Positions 42,318 through 55,880 of a stretch of DNA of 64,000 nucleotides are shown here, piece after piece; position 1 is the stretch's first letter, and every line of letters starts with the position of its first letter. The notes beneath the pieces were generated by a model. That model saw only the letters and a program-made list of their open reading frames with translations, was not told the origin of the DNA and did no database searches. The stretch lies in NCBI RefSeq assembly GCF_009914755.1, contig NC_060940.1, one strand, 5' to 3'. Origin of the DNA: the human T2T-CHM13v2.0 reference genome, Homo sapiens. The position numbers were made by a program, and so were the translations under genes.

Positions 42318-42794
42318 TGTAAGAAGTACTTTTTAAACTGTCTATTTTCAGAAAACAGGCCCAGGCAAGTCTGGACAGCTCCCTTGCAGGCATGACAAGT
42401 GACATGGTACAGACATCTGGGAAGAGTGATAAGACTCATAGAAGTCAGAGGGGAAGGAGAAAAAGGCCGGGGGCCTAATCCATAAAATGAAGGAAAGTTT
42501 TGCCATTGGGAAATTGAAACTTAAAGTGGGGAAGGGGACAAGATGTAACTTTACAAGGGGATAATGAAACTTAGGTGTCGTCCGGGAAGATTGTAACCCC
42601 ACAGTACTCGGCCTATGAGGAACTGGGGGAGGGACTTACACACTGGGGGATAAATTGCTTGTTGAAACTGCACCAGGTGTGCCTGCTTGCCAGACACCCG
42701 ATCTTGCGAGACCGTCATTAAAGTCTCGCTTTTGTTGTTCTTCATGTCTCTAAGTCCATTCTTTGGGTTTGGACAGATGAGTGTGTTTCTTACC
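42318..42794 (+). mobile_element. ERV1 solo LTR, LTR10 (HERV-I)-like
   Basis: TGT start; 3' end cattaaagtctcgcttt...gtccattctttgggtttggacagatgagtgtgtttcttac as I recall for LTR10; L1M sequence resumes afterwards (cattagccatc). Confidence 0.8.
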
Positions 42795-43550
42795 AACAAC
42801 ATTAGCCATCCGGAAAATAAAATAAAACAAGCACACACACACAATGAGACACTGCTTCACATACATTAGGACTGCTTTAACCAAAAAGAAAAGTATTAGT
42901 AAGTATTGAGAAGAATGTGGAGAAATTGAAACTCTCAAACACGGTTGTGCAAATATAAAACGGTGCACCTACTTTGGAAAACTATCTGGCAGTTCCTCCA
43001 AAGTTTATACACGTAGTTATCATGTAACCCAACAGTTCCACTCCTATGTATATATCCAAGAGAAGTGAAAATATATGTTCACACAAAAAAAAATTCAAAT
43101 ACTTACAGCAGCATTATTTATAATTGTCAAAAAGTAGAAACTTCCCAAATGCCCTTTAATCAATGATGGATAAACAAAACTTGGTATATCCATACAACAG
43201 AATGATATTTGACAATTAAAAGGAATAAATTAATGATATATACCACAACATAGACAAATCTTGGAGATATTATGTTAAGTGAAAGAAGATGGTCACACAC
43301 ACCCCCCACATATTTTATGATTCAATTTATATAAAATGTTTGGATTAGGCAAATCTATAGAAACAAAAAGTAGACTAATGGTTGCCTAGGGCTGAGAGTT
43401 TCTAAGGTAAATTGACACTGATTGATAATGGGTATGGATTCTTTTGGGGGTAATGAAATGTCATAAAACTGATTGTGGTGATACTTGTACAATTCTGTGA
43501 ATATACTAAAAAACTGAATTGTATGATGTAAATGCGTGAATTTTATATGA

Positions 43551-43912
<362 letters not shown>

Positions 43913-46128
43913 CTAAAGATACTATGTTTTTAAAAGATATGTATAACAACTTTTCAGAGACTATTATATTTATCAAAAAACATGAGCACTTAATACTAAG
44001 GCAAAGGCATATATTGATTAAGTTTTATTAAGCTTATACATTACACTTTCTAGCCATTTTATTTTCTCTGATTCTTTACCTTAACTTGATTGACTGGTTC
44101 TCTTCCTAAAGGAATATTAGAAACATTAAATTAGAAGCAAGAGACTATAACATTAATGAGACAGAAATGAAAGTTGTACAAATAACAGTAAGAATGTAAC
44201 TATGAAAGAATGTATAAATAAATAATATAATTAGGGGTCATTTTTCTACAGAGCAAGTAACTGGCCACTCTTCAGCAATTGATATCTGTAAAGAAGGTCA
44301 CAATAATCAATGATTTTAACTTAAATTTACAATTTATATTTAGTAATGCAGGAAGTACATAGATGTTTCAAAATGATTTAAAGCCAAAATGATTGATTTA
44401 AACGAATTTAGATTTCAAAGTTGGATATATCAGCTATCTGTAGTATATATTTTATAAAATAATAAATTTCCACTTATTTCAAAGAAGTATCATTGTTTAA
44501 TATTTTCTTATGTTTAATATAAAGACACCAATTAGAAATATCCGTCTTACACCGTGAATATGTTTCTGATAAAGACGTTGTAAACTCCGTGTTCATGTCA
44601 TCATGTGTGTGTGCATTTATGTGTGCGATTATATGTTATCTGCAAATTTGATAGGTGCATAAGAACCCTATTAGGGAATCAGACACTCATCTCTCATGCC
44701 CTCATAATTCAAATCCAATGTCAACACAGGATCTATGACTCCTCCAAGTGTGGTTTTATTACACCTGTATACAAGTAACATCCAGCACCTGGTAAATGTT
44801 CTTCATAACATTTCTTGATTTTCTGTCCAGTTCAGCTTTCCCCTAAGCAATCTTTCCCAGTTAGTAACTAATGGTTTATTCAGTGTACAAAGTTTATTGT
44901 TTGTTTCTGAATGTGTCCCACTTATATTTCAGGCAATAGTAACAAATTAAAGTAATAACGGAGGAGAAAGCAAATAGTGTCCAGGAAATGTCAATGCTGA
45001 GAGATTGTAACTACACAGTCACATTCTGGTTTAGGGTTTCCACGTGTTTGACTGGAAATGGGGATTCAGTATTTCTGGGAAAGAGATTGAGAAATGCACT
45101 TTTGAGTGTCCAGTATTTTCAAATTAAGTATCATTATTTCCATCTTAGACTGTGATTTGCACTGGAGGATTCCTTTTTGCTGTCTCAATTTGGATTATAT
45201 GTCACTGTGTGGTTTATGACTCAGACACAGTCATCCGTAACATTACTGACCTAGCAACAAGGGAATCTCAAAAACTGTGCTGGACACAGGCCTGTTGGCA
45301 TGGTTGTGAGTCCATATTAACATTGCCTGCCTTACAGTCCGCATGCAAGCTGGTCTGCAGTACCAAATATTTCTTTTTTTACATCTGTGTGAGTTGTGGA
45401 CCTGTTTTTCCTGCCTTTAACTACCTTGTATCTCATAATACAATGACTTAAAGATAATTACTTTCTTGTGATTTTAAATAAAAAGCTCATTACCAAAAAT
45501 TAAAGCCACCCAGAAAAACATAAAAGAAGAAAGCAAAAATGTATAAATATCATACCTCCCACCCAAGCCAAATTATCATTATTTTCATTAGCTGAACAGC
45601 ACCCCTCAAAAGCAATAGTATTTTAGGGTAAAATTGTATGTCCACTGCATCTACAAACAGTGATTTAAAAAGAATAGTGCTGAGACTTTTTAAAAGAAAG
45701 AATGAATGCCTTCTTTTCCTATAGGGAAGTTGAACTTTCCGTGAAAGAAATACACAGTGCTTGTACTCTGTGTAGTGCATAAGCATGCTTGAATCAGAGA
45801 ATCTGTGCCGAAGTGTACCTCAGCACTGAGAGAACTGAGTATCTTTAGGAATTCACCACATCATTTACTGAATGTTTTAACTTTTGCCAGAACTGAATAT
45901 ATATGTGCATGTATATAAATTCATATTTGAAGTGGCAATTAAAATTATATTTGTGTCACTATGGGAAATAGAGCCTCCTCTGAACTGTCTACATTAGCAA
46001 ATAGGTACTCTGAACATGTTGTTAACTTACTTGCAGAAAATCATATCTCTTAACAAATAATAGGTTAAAAAAAATAAAGTCCATCTCACATTTTTTTGTA
46101 ATAGCTGCATATATTTCTGGTTCATGAC

Positions 46129-46756
46129 TGTTAAGGGCAGACCCTGAAAGAATCGGCAGTTATTCTTGCCTTCTGGTATTCGCCAGCAGAAGGGACTGTG
46201 TCGTCTCCTCCCATGGAGTGGTGATACGACTTGTTCCTAAGCCATGCAATATCGCAAAGGAGACGGAATATCACTCCTTCCATTATGTTACATTATATGG
46301 CAAGGGTCATGGGATGTCACTTCATGATTACATTATATCATATGAGACATAATCTTCTTTGAAGATCTACATTAGATTCTCTTGCTCTCTTGATGGCATT
46401 GTAGAAGCAAGCTGCAATATTATGAGCTGCCTTTAAAGAGAACGTTTAGCAGGGAACTGCGGAAGCCATCTAAAGTCTGAGAGCAATCTATAAGACAACT
46501 AAGACCTGGGTTCCTCAGTCCTATTTTCATAAATGATAAATTCTATCAAAAACCTAAGGGAGCTTGGGAATGGATCCATCCCCAGTTAAGCCTTCAGAAG
46601 AGAACCCAACTATTGCCAACATCATGACTGCAGTCACACAGAGGAAACAGCCAATCCATGCCAAAATTCCTGCTCCACACTGTGAGCTAATCAATATGTA
46701 TTTTTTGAAGCTACTAAGTGTGCCAAATTTATTATATGTTAATTGATAACTAATAT
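46129..46756 (+). mobile_element. MaLR solo LTR (MLT1E/F-like)
   Basis: tatggcaagggtcatgggatgtcacttcatgatta; ggatccatccccagttaagccttcaga; ttttgaagctactaagt...gataactaata end. Confidence 0.8.
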
Positions 46757-47577
46757 AGTTTTCTAAGTTAAATGCAAGTGTGGACAAAAAAAATGGTATG
46801 GATTCAACATATGGATGCAACAAATTGGCAGTGCAGATAGTTTAGAATATATTATTTAATATGTATATACATTTTGGTTTGAAAATACAATGTGCATCTG
46901 ACAAAATGGTGGATGGATAGAAAAGCATTATTCTCTGGGGAGCCTGAACTGTGATGCCTATTGCCATGAGGATCTTTGTGTATGTGTTTATAAGTGTACA
47001 TGTATGTTACAGAATGTTTCTGACATGCCTATTGTCCCTAGACTAGGGAAACATGAGAATCAAGACTCTCTTTATAGATGGTCTAACTCAGGATATGAGT
47101 CTTCCTATGTCATTCTTTATTCTTTCACATTTATCATCTTTTATGATATGTACATATGGCAAAGATTATTCCCACTTTACAGATGAAGGAGCATTTACTT
47201 GAAAGGATGCAGAATAAAAACAGATATAATTCATATACTAAAAGACATTTCATAGACAATGGCACAATGATTTCTCCAAACCGCCCTACATTATATGATT
47301 TCTTATCTTCATTGTGTTGCTGATTAAACAGTTTAAGTGATTTATCCAGTTCCTCTTAGGAAGTGGCAGAATAGAAAGCTATGATGGTTAATTTTATGCG
47401 TCAGCTTGACTGAGCCATGGGGTGCCCAACATTTAGTCAAACATTATTCTGTGTGTATCTGTGAGGATCCTTCTGGATGAAATCAACGTTTGAATTGTTA
47501 GACTGAATAAAGCAGATTTCTCTCCCCAATGTATATAGGCTCATCCTATTTGTTAAAGGTCTGAAATGTTGACTCTC

Positions 47578-47987
47578 TCTCTTAGTCCGTTCTATGTTGC
47601 TGTAGAGAGATATGTGAGACTGGGTAATTTATAAGGAAAGGTGGTTTATTTGGCTCACAGTTCTGCAGGCTGTGCAAGAGGCATGGCACAAGCATCTGCT
47701 TCTGGAAAGGGACGTCAGGAGGCTTCCAATCATGGCAGCAGGGGAAAGGGAGAAGGGCAAGGTATGTCACATGGCAAGAGAGGAAGAAAGAGGGAGAGAA
47801 GAAGAAGGTGCCAGGCTCTTTTTAACCATCAGTTATCATGGGAACTAATAGAGTGAGGACTCAGCACAAAGTCATGCATAAAGGATCTGACCCGTGATCC
47901 AAACAGTTTCCACCAGGCCCCACCTCCAGTGCTGGGGATCAAAATTCAACATGAGATTTGAAGAGGACAAATATCCAAACTATATCA
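47578..47987 (-). mobile_element. MaLR solo LTR (MSTB-like)
   Basis: gagactgggtaatttataaggaaag; ends ccaaactatatca; TSD ctctc/ccctc. Confidence 0.92.
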
Positions 47988-48012
47988 CCCTCCCATAAGT
48001 AAGAAGGCCCCT

Positions 48013-48131
48013 GTGAGTGCAGTGTGTTTTAGTTTAAGCTACTAGGAAGGGTGAGGCAGGAGGATTACTTGTTGAGCCTAGAGGTTCAAGTCCTGCCTAG
48101 GCAGCACAGCAAGACCCCACCTCTAAAAAAA
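48013..48131 (+). mobile_element. Alu monomer (FLAM-like), degraded
   Basis: gaggcaggaggattactt...gaggttcaag...gcaagaccccacctct followed by a short A tail. Confidence 0.7.
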
Positions 48132-50179
48132 TGGAGCCCCTCCTGTCATAGTACACCAGATATTTCCTGTCTTCTAACTTGAACTGAAACATCCATATTT
48201 TAAAAGTCTCAAGTTTACAAATCTTGGGACTTTTTAGCCTCCATATCACACAAGCCAATTTCTTATAATAATAATAATGATGATACAATATATAGGATAT
48301 ATATTGTTTCTGTTTCACTAAAGAACCCTCATACAGAAGCCAAGCAGCATCCTCTCTAATGTCAAAATCAGTGCTTTTTCTGTGACATTCATGCTCCTCT
48401 ACGAATGAAAACCTGGCTCACATTTTATGCTAATACTAAGGAGTAAAAAAACATCCATTACTTATTGTATACCATAAAGCATGTTTTCACATGCACCACC
48501 TCAATTGTTGTGAAGCTTTTATTGTATTTAGAACTGCTTTTTTACTCACATCTTCATTCACCAAAATGTTAAAGAAATAGAAACATCACTGTACTGGTTG
48601 AAGCAGAAGGATTGCAGGCGAGGCACTGTCTGCCCTCAAACCCCTTCTGCAATTCCAGAGCCCCACAGAACATATCTTGAAGAAACGGTAAACATTTCAA
48701 CTGGTCTTTCACACTTCTGAGGATATGAATGACAGGGATTTTTTCTCTACTTGATATAGGAAGAAAATTCTGTGGGTTTAAGCGAATCACTCATGGTGAA
48801 GTATGTTTTCAGCAAAGCCTAAATAGCAGTGTCCTGATCTGAGGTACTAGAATTCTGGCTTCATCATTTCCTCAATGATTATTTCTAAAGAAGTTGGTTC
48901 TTTCCAGTTAGCATGCTCATACAAGTCACTTATGAGCATCCCCAAACTGTTCAACATCTCAGATAGCCTAACGAATCCATAACAATTATATTGACTCTAT
49001 CTATCTGAAATACAAATGATAAAGAAATAGTTTATGTTTCATATTGATAGCAAGATCATTATGTGAAAGCTAATGGAGTCTAATGGTTAAAAGAATTTTA
49101 ACTGTATGAGTTAGACAACTTTCGTTCCCTCCCCTGCTTAGATTACTTCTCTGAAAATGAGGATGATTATGCTATCTCATGGATTTTCTGTGACAATTGA
49201 AGGAACATACATAGTAGTATCTGTACTACGATTAGAGATAATTATATTAGCTACCTGTAGACATGTAAATTCTTCATAAGGTAAATATTTGTAATTTTCA
49301 GATCACGAATTGGATCTATTGAAAACATAGTTAGCAAATCAATGGCAGGTTGCCTCAATGAAGAGCAAAATGTTTTGTATAATACAGCAGAATAGAATTT
49401 CAATTTATTTTCAATAAGACCAAGTTCTACTAGCACAATGAAGTATTGAATGCCAAATTATCTCATTCAGACAAAAGTGAAATGTCCGAAGCTTAATAAA
49501 ATAAGATAATTGGTTTTGGCTTTTATATTAAATTACTATTTGGCTACACACTGTAGTTTCAGAGCAGATGCCCTGCAGGTGAATGGAGCTATAGATGAGG
49601 TTACACATAAACCATATGTCCCCTTTATAAGTCTCCTTGTACTGTCTGTGGTTCATTGCTTTCCAGAACATAATGAAGACCAAGTGCTTATAGTATAGAA
49701 AGCGAGTCAATCAGAAAGCATAGAAGCAAGAATGGGGTCTCCTCGTGGTCCAGGTAATGCTTCACCTCGTTATGTAGTGGCGTGCAGTGTAGAGCAGGAA
49801 GAAACATCTGTCTGACCCTAGCGGGGTTCTTGACCTCATAACCTGTAGATTTTCATGTCAGGTTCTGAAGATTGATAGGTCACTGGCAGGCTCCATGTGC
49901 TTTTAAAAAAAAAATGCACTAACAAAAGAGGATCCCCGTTGAGTTTTTAGTTAACTCATTAACTAGTTTAAGCACCTAGGCTGACCCCCTACAGATAATT
50001 GTTGTGTTCTCTGTACTGGGTCATATCTCACACAGTTAGAAAATATCCCTTTTTTACCTGAGTATTAAAGGTACTTCGAACCAGGCTCTCAAATAACAGA
50101 TATTATGCTAAAAAGAAAATGAATCTGTAAATCAAAATGTCAGGGTTTTAATTCTTCTTCTGCCATTAAACCCTGTGAG

Positions 50180-50660
50180 TCCCTATTGATATTTAGCTAT
50201 TCCAGGTCTTAGTAAACTCACCATGAAGCTGAAACCATTGAAATCCCCATTTAAACAAATAAGGAAACCAAAGTTCAAAGAGTTGAGATATTTCGTGGAA
50301 GATCACACAGCTAGTAAGCCACAGGGTCAAGTTTAAACCAGATGTGTTAGCACCACCGCCCACATTCTTGGACCTGCCCTTACATCTCCTACTGTACTGA
50401 GTGCTTATCAAAATCATTCTGAACAAGTGTCAATGCAAATTGCTGGTTTTCACAGAACACAATCTCCTCTTACATTAACTCCGTGGTCTCAAGCCAATCA
50501 TTACAACTTTTCTGAGCCTCTGTTTCCTTATCTGTAAAATGTAAATGAGATGATAACAGTAGTTAAGTCATAGCTTTATTTTAAGGACTCAATGGATTAT
50601 TATTTTTAAAGTGCTTAGAACTTTAAATAAACATTGGCTATAATTATTATTATTATTTCC
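50180..50660. mobile_element. Two MIR fragments in opposite orientations
   Basis: aaggaaaccaaagttcaaagagttgag...gatcacacagctagtaag (-) and ctgagcctctgtttccttatctgtaaaatg (+). Confidence 0.7.
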
Positions 50661-53560
50661 TGAGGCTACCTAGTGACTTAAAGCAGCAATTAGTATGGAC
50701 CCAGTATCAGTTGACAGACACAAGTGTCATTCACATTCAAGCAAACAGATTAATAAAGGTAAATATCACAACTAAATGCTACATTTAAAACACTGCTGTT
50801 TATGGTACTAGCAAAAGACAGTTGAGTTGAGGCTGTGGCATAATCTCTCAATGTTGGAAAGGCAATAGAATCACCTAGGAGCTTTAAAAAATGTCCATGC
50901 CAAGTCCCATTTGAGACCAATTAAAATAGAATCTCTGGGTGTGGAATCTGCATATCCTTACATTTTTAAATCACTCCCACACCAGTTGATTTGGAGTTAG
51001 GAAGGGGCCAGTTTATGAAGGATTTTGAATTCCAGGAAGAATTAGTATTTGGTTAGGGGAGTGAGGCTAGAAAATATTAGTCAGAGATTCTGCACAGGGC
51101 TACTATACACTTATTTATAAATCTTTTCACCTTTCAGGGATGGTTTTGCTGTCGTCCTTTGGTTCAGAATAAAGAAGCTCTTAGTTTCCTCTATTTCTTA
51201 AAGTTGATCTAAACACACTCCCTCCGACTTGGTTGTTCCATAATAAAATTGTCATCTCACTGGAAGCCATCCTAATCCTATTTAGAGAAAGACCATTTTC
51301 CTCCTGACCTGAAGTCTCACTTTTTATCTTGCTGGCTGGGTGTTCAAAAAGTGCATTCAAACTGTTTAAAATCCTGCGAGTTAAGATGACCCTGATATTG
51401 TCAGGTAAAAATAAAAAGGAGAAGACACCAGAATGTAATTTGCTTATCCTCAATGTAGCTTTATTTCTTCCAGTTTTAAGCATGACTTTAAATTTCTTTT
51501 TGTGGTAGTGAGGACCAGGACTGTGTGGGAGCTCAGAGATGGGGAATGAAAACTCTAGTCATTGAGCCATAACATATCCTCTCTCTGAGCAGTAACTCCT
51601 AACAAAAATCACCTTTTGGGTGATTTAAGCATTTTTTTTTTTTTTTTTTTTTTGCAAGAGAGTTACCCATGTCCAACCTGGTGAGTGAATTGTCCAGTAG
51701 ACTGGGATTGTTAATCAATTGGAGAACCATTTTAAGATCCAAGTGTTTACAGTCTATAGCCCATTAAAGTCTGCTCTATGTATGTAGTCTTTGTCGCTCC
51801 CCAACTGCTAAGTTGTGTTAGTTTTAAGTTGTTTACTTAACTCGGGCCTTTGTTCTATCAGGAATGATATAAAAACAAAGGAACATGAGATGAAGAGAAC
51901 AGTGCCTACCCTCAAAGAGGTCATAATCCATTTGTGCATATTTGGGAGGAAGACAAAGTAAGAAACTTCCAAATGCATTGCTGTATGATAAGTACCAGTA
52001 GTGGAGCGGGTGGAACACATTGCAACAGCCCCTACCTGATCCTAGGTCAATAGAGAAAGACTTACTCAAAGAGGTGGCCTGAGTTGAGTCTTGCAGGGCT
52101 TCTCTATGAGAAAAGGGAAAAACACAGCCTGTGGAAAGGCCAGGAGAGGCAAGAAAACAAGGCTTTTCTTCAGAGGTGCAATGTCAAGGGGTGCTATGAG
52201 TGAGTCAGAGAAGAGATCGGTGAATATAACATCATGGGCATTAAATGTGAGAGGCAAGCGTTCATCCTTTATTCTGAAGGTGACTTGAAAATAATTTTGG
52301 CTTTTAAGTAGGAGAGCAACATAGTTTGGTTATTATTTTAGGTGGGAAGGAAGGCACTTCGGATTGCTACATTTAGAATCACATGGGGATGTCAGAGGAA
52401 AATGTCAGGTTATTGAAGGAATTCACGTTATATTATATAAGGAACAGATTATAGAACTGGTGCAGATTTTAATCTGGGGGGATAAGACCAACGTAGAATA
52501 CCTGATGCCACGTGAAAGAGGAAGAAACATTTTTATTCGAAATTTTTGGAAACCGAAAGACCTATTAATTATTGGTGCTGTATTTCAGTTCAACATAACT
52601 ATATTGCCTCTGGGTGTTCAGAGTTGTTTCAAGATGGGATGTTTTGCCTTTTGCATCTGATTGATCTCTGGTTGATGTCGTAAGTGCACATATCCAGTGG
52701 ATACTGGGTTGGGTCTATTTAAGTTCTTTGCAAAGACTGTATACCCACGTGGATAGCTTTGGTCACCATATGCAGCCACTAGAAAGTGTGCTGACGAAAC
52801 AAACCAGTTAAAGGTCACTAGTGGAGCAAGCTTCCTCAAGGGCTGAAATGGAAGTTCAGATAATGAGAACTCTTTGTACTCGTTGTAGACACATTCTTTC
52901 AATTAGAAGCAAATAACAAAGTTAAGGTCCTTAAAAATCTGTGGCCTTCACCTTATAAGCAAAACGATATGATTCAAAAGAGTTCATTGGATCCTCCCTG
53001 CAAGGGATCTTATATCACTTTTTTTTTGCATAAGCTATCATGATTTATAGGGCACAGGCTCATCTTTACAATTATATTACTGAACATCTTCTTTTTTTTT
53101 TTTAGTTTCCAGAAACCTGGAGGTAAAATATAGCTCATAAAATGCTACATGTTAATAAAAAGGATATTTTGAACTGGAACAAAACATAGAATAGTTATGT
53201 GTGCTTCATTTATACAAATACTTATGTGTATAATATGTTGTCACATAGAATATGACTTTAACATATTATCCTTCACACTATAATACTGTAGAGATGATAG
53301 TCTATGAGTAATGAAAATATTTATGGGGACTCTTAGAAAAATAAGAGAAAGGAAGGTTTGTAAATATCTGTTCTTTCAGTTTAACATGCATTTCAGTGAC
53401 AAATATGAACCAGTTTTCTGGTCCAGCTGAACTGAGATCTAGAACCTTTTACTTGACATTTCATTTGACATTTTGAATTAATTTGCCTTTGCAGCCATGG
53501 AACCAGAATAAAATTACTTGTTGTTGATTGATAATCTTAGAGAACTGTGCCTGGAATCTA

Positions 53561-53637
53561 TGAGGTTGAACCATACAAAGTTACTGATATTTAAACATTT
53601 TAACCTAAGAATTGGCAATTTCTATGGTTTACCCTAA
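53561..53637. mobile_element. MADE2 (Hsmar2-type MITE)
   Basis: ta|tgaggttgaaccata...ggcaatttctatggtttaccctaa inverted ends; 77 bp. Confidence 0.8.
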
Positions 53638-54399
53638 GGGAAGCCTTTGTTTCAGTCTTTGTTGTACCACAGAGACTTGAAAATTAAATAATTTATTCAA
53701 CTTTTTAGAACCTAAATTTTTCTCATCCTGTTAAATGTGGACAATAGCAGCAATCTTTTAGAGGTGTGTGGATTAAATGAGACACTGGGTGGGAAAACAT
53801 ATTGAAAATTGTGAAGTAATTTGAATTGCATTTAGAATCCTCAAAAACCCCAGTGAGATTGTTGGGTTTATAAACTTTCACTCCCTGCTGGTTAAGTGAT
53901 TGCTTGGTTAGAATACACAGGGGTTTATGTGTTTATATTTCTTTCTGAATATGATCTGACTTTCCTATTTATTGTTTATTCTGAAAGCTGTTTTCTTCCA
54001 TCCTTGGATTTACAGTACAGATTTCTTCTGAATGGGTAGAATATTCATACATTTCATTAACAATATTTACTCAGGCTTTCTGGTTCATTCATCCAGTGAA
54101 ATACTCAGCAGAAAATGTGCTTGAGGATTTTCCCCCACCATTGGGGAGGTGAAATTAATTCTATTGTAATTTCCAGGAGCTTTAAGCATTTGTTTTGTTT
54201 AGGAGTAAAACAGCTGTGCTGGCAAAGCTTTTCTTATTGTTAATGTGCTTTGGCCATTTATATCTGGATGATACATTTTACAAGCATTGATCAGACAGTA
54301 CTTTCAACAACTGTTTTATGGACCAACCTCCAGTGAGGTCTTTTCAACCTTCAGTTTCTCTCCCTTTCAAATCTGTTGTCCAACTTACCAGCAGAGTTT

Positions 54400-54950
54400 T
54401 ACTTCTAATCACAAATGGGATTGTAATATCCCTTATTTTAAAAGAATCTTGCATGACTCCCCTGTGTGTAAAGGCTAAAATTCTCAATACATGGTCTAGT
54501 GTACAAGAACTTCTTAAAATAGTACTTAACAACAAACTGTCTGTAGCTTTTACTCTCCCTTCTTCTGAATCCAACTTACTAAACTCTTCACCATTCTCTA
54601 AATATTCTATCATAATGTTATTTTCTCTCTGCCTATGCACAACCTGGTCCTCTACCTAGAATGACTTCTGTCTTCTTTGAGTAGTAAAATCATCCTTATA
54701 GGACAGCTCAAATGCCATCTCTCTATGAAATCCTTTGCTCTTCCCCAAGGCAATTCATCATTTATTCCCCTTAGAACTGTGCACAATCTTTTTATGGTGA
54801 TAATCGTTTTACTTATCTGTTTCTCTTTCTTCAGTTTGTGACCTCTTGTAAAGCAAGGACTCTTACTTACTCATGTTTGCTTCCCTAGGGCATAGTTGCT
54901 CAGCGAACATTTTTTAAAGGATAAATGAAAAATAAAGGATAAATGAATCC
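54400..54950 (+). mobile_element. L2 3' fragment
   Basis: ctctacctagaatg...cagctcaaatgccatctctctatgaaatcct...gttgctcag...aaatgaa end. Confidence 0.65.
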
Positions 54951-55713
54951 TGCTGGCACTGCCTAAATGACTCACAATGAAAATTCACAATTACTCAGTG
55001 AATGTCCAAATGTCTGAAGCTCTTAGAGAAGAAAATTACCGAAGAGTTTTCAAGAGAGAATGAGTTTCAGATATATGATTCCGTACACCCTGGCAAAATG
55101 TGAAGGGGTATACATAGGGTCTACTTCCCCAAATCTGGCCATAAATAGAGAGAACATGGAGATGATTTGTTTTGGTGTCTGGGAATAGCATCTGGCATTT
55201 GAGCTGATCACTGGCTTAATGAGATGCTGTAGATGTTTGGTGTTATATTCAGATCACAGAAAGCAAATCTTTAACTGTGGTCGCCCTCAGGGAGAATACA
55301 TCTGCATTAGTTGGTTCATTGCATAGGATATTTTTTGAGAGGGACAATGTTGATTTACAGTTGGCCCATAATGAGGAACCAAAAAGATGAGGGGTAGACA
55401 TGACATCATTAAAGTAAAAGAAATTGAGATAATTAGATAAACGTGAAGAATGAAAGAGCTTCCATGTATTCACATTTGGGCCACATACGTGAAGAGTTGA
55501 CACGTGAAAAGACAGTGGAATGCATGTCCCATTGTGCCAAAAGGAAAGGACACTCTACAAGGAAGGCATCTTGTTTCTGTGTTACAGGGAGACAGGCTTC
55601 CTTAGCAAGTTAGCAAGTGAAACTGCCACATAAAATGGTGAGTTTTCTTGCCCTCTAAGCAGGAGGTGAACAATCATTTGTATTGCATTTATAGTAGTAG
55701 GGAGTAGACTAAA

Positions 55714-55880
55714 CCAATGTTTCACAAACATTATTATATATATGAACAACTGAGAATTTGGGTTAAATGCAGATTCTTTTTCAGAAGATCTGGGGTGGAA
55801 CCTGTGATTCTTCAGTTCTAACATATTCCTAGGTAAAGCTGATACTGCTGCTCAGTGGTTCATACTCTGAGTAATGATGC
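55714..55880. mobile_element. MER5-family MITE
   Basis: aaatgcagattct...tctggggtggaacctgtgattct...ttctaaca...ctgatactgctg...catactctgagta. Confidence 0.7.

Larger units (their letters stand above)
47380..48335 (+). mobile_element. MLT2 (ERVL) LTR interrupted by an MST LTR and an Alu monomer
   Basis: tgatggttaattttatgcgtcagcttgactg start; gtttctgtttcactaaagaaccctcataca end. Confidence 0.85.

Noticed and set aside
48545-48790. Possible - strand exon ending at GAT|gtgagt (~48551), overlapping a 73-aa ORF
   Set aside because: No convincing acceptor, no recognisable peptide and no partner exons.
52618-52902. 94-aa - strand ORF as a microprotein
   Set aside because: It starts at a non-ATG codon, has no recognisable homology, and its length is within chance expectation.
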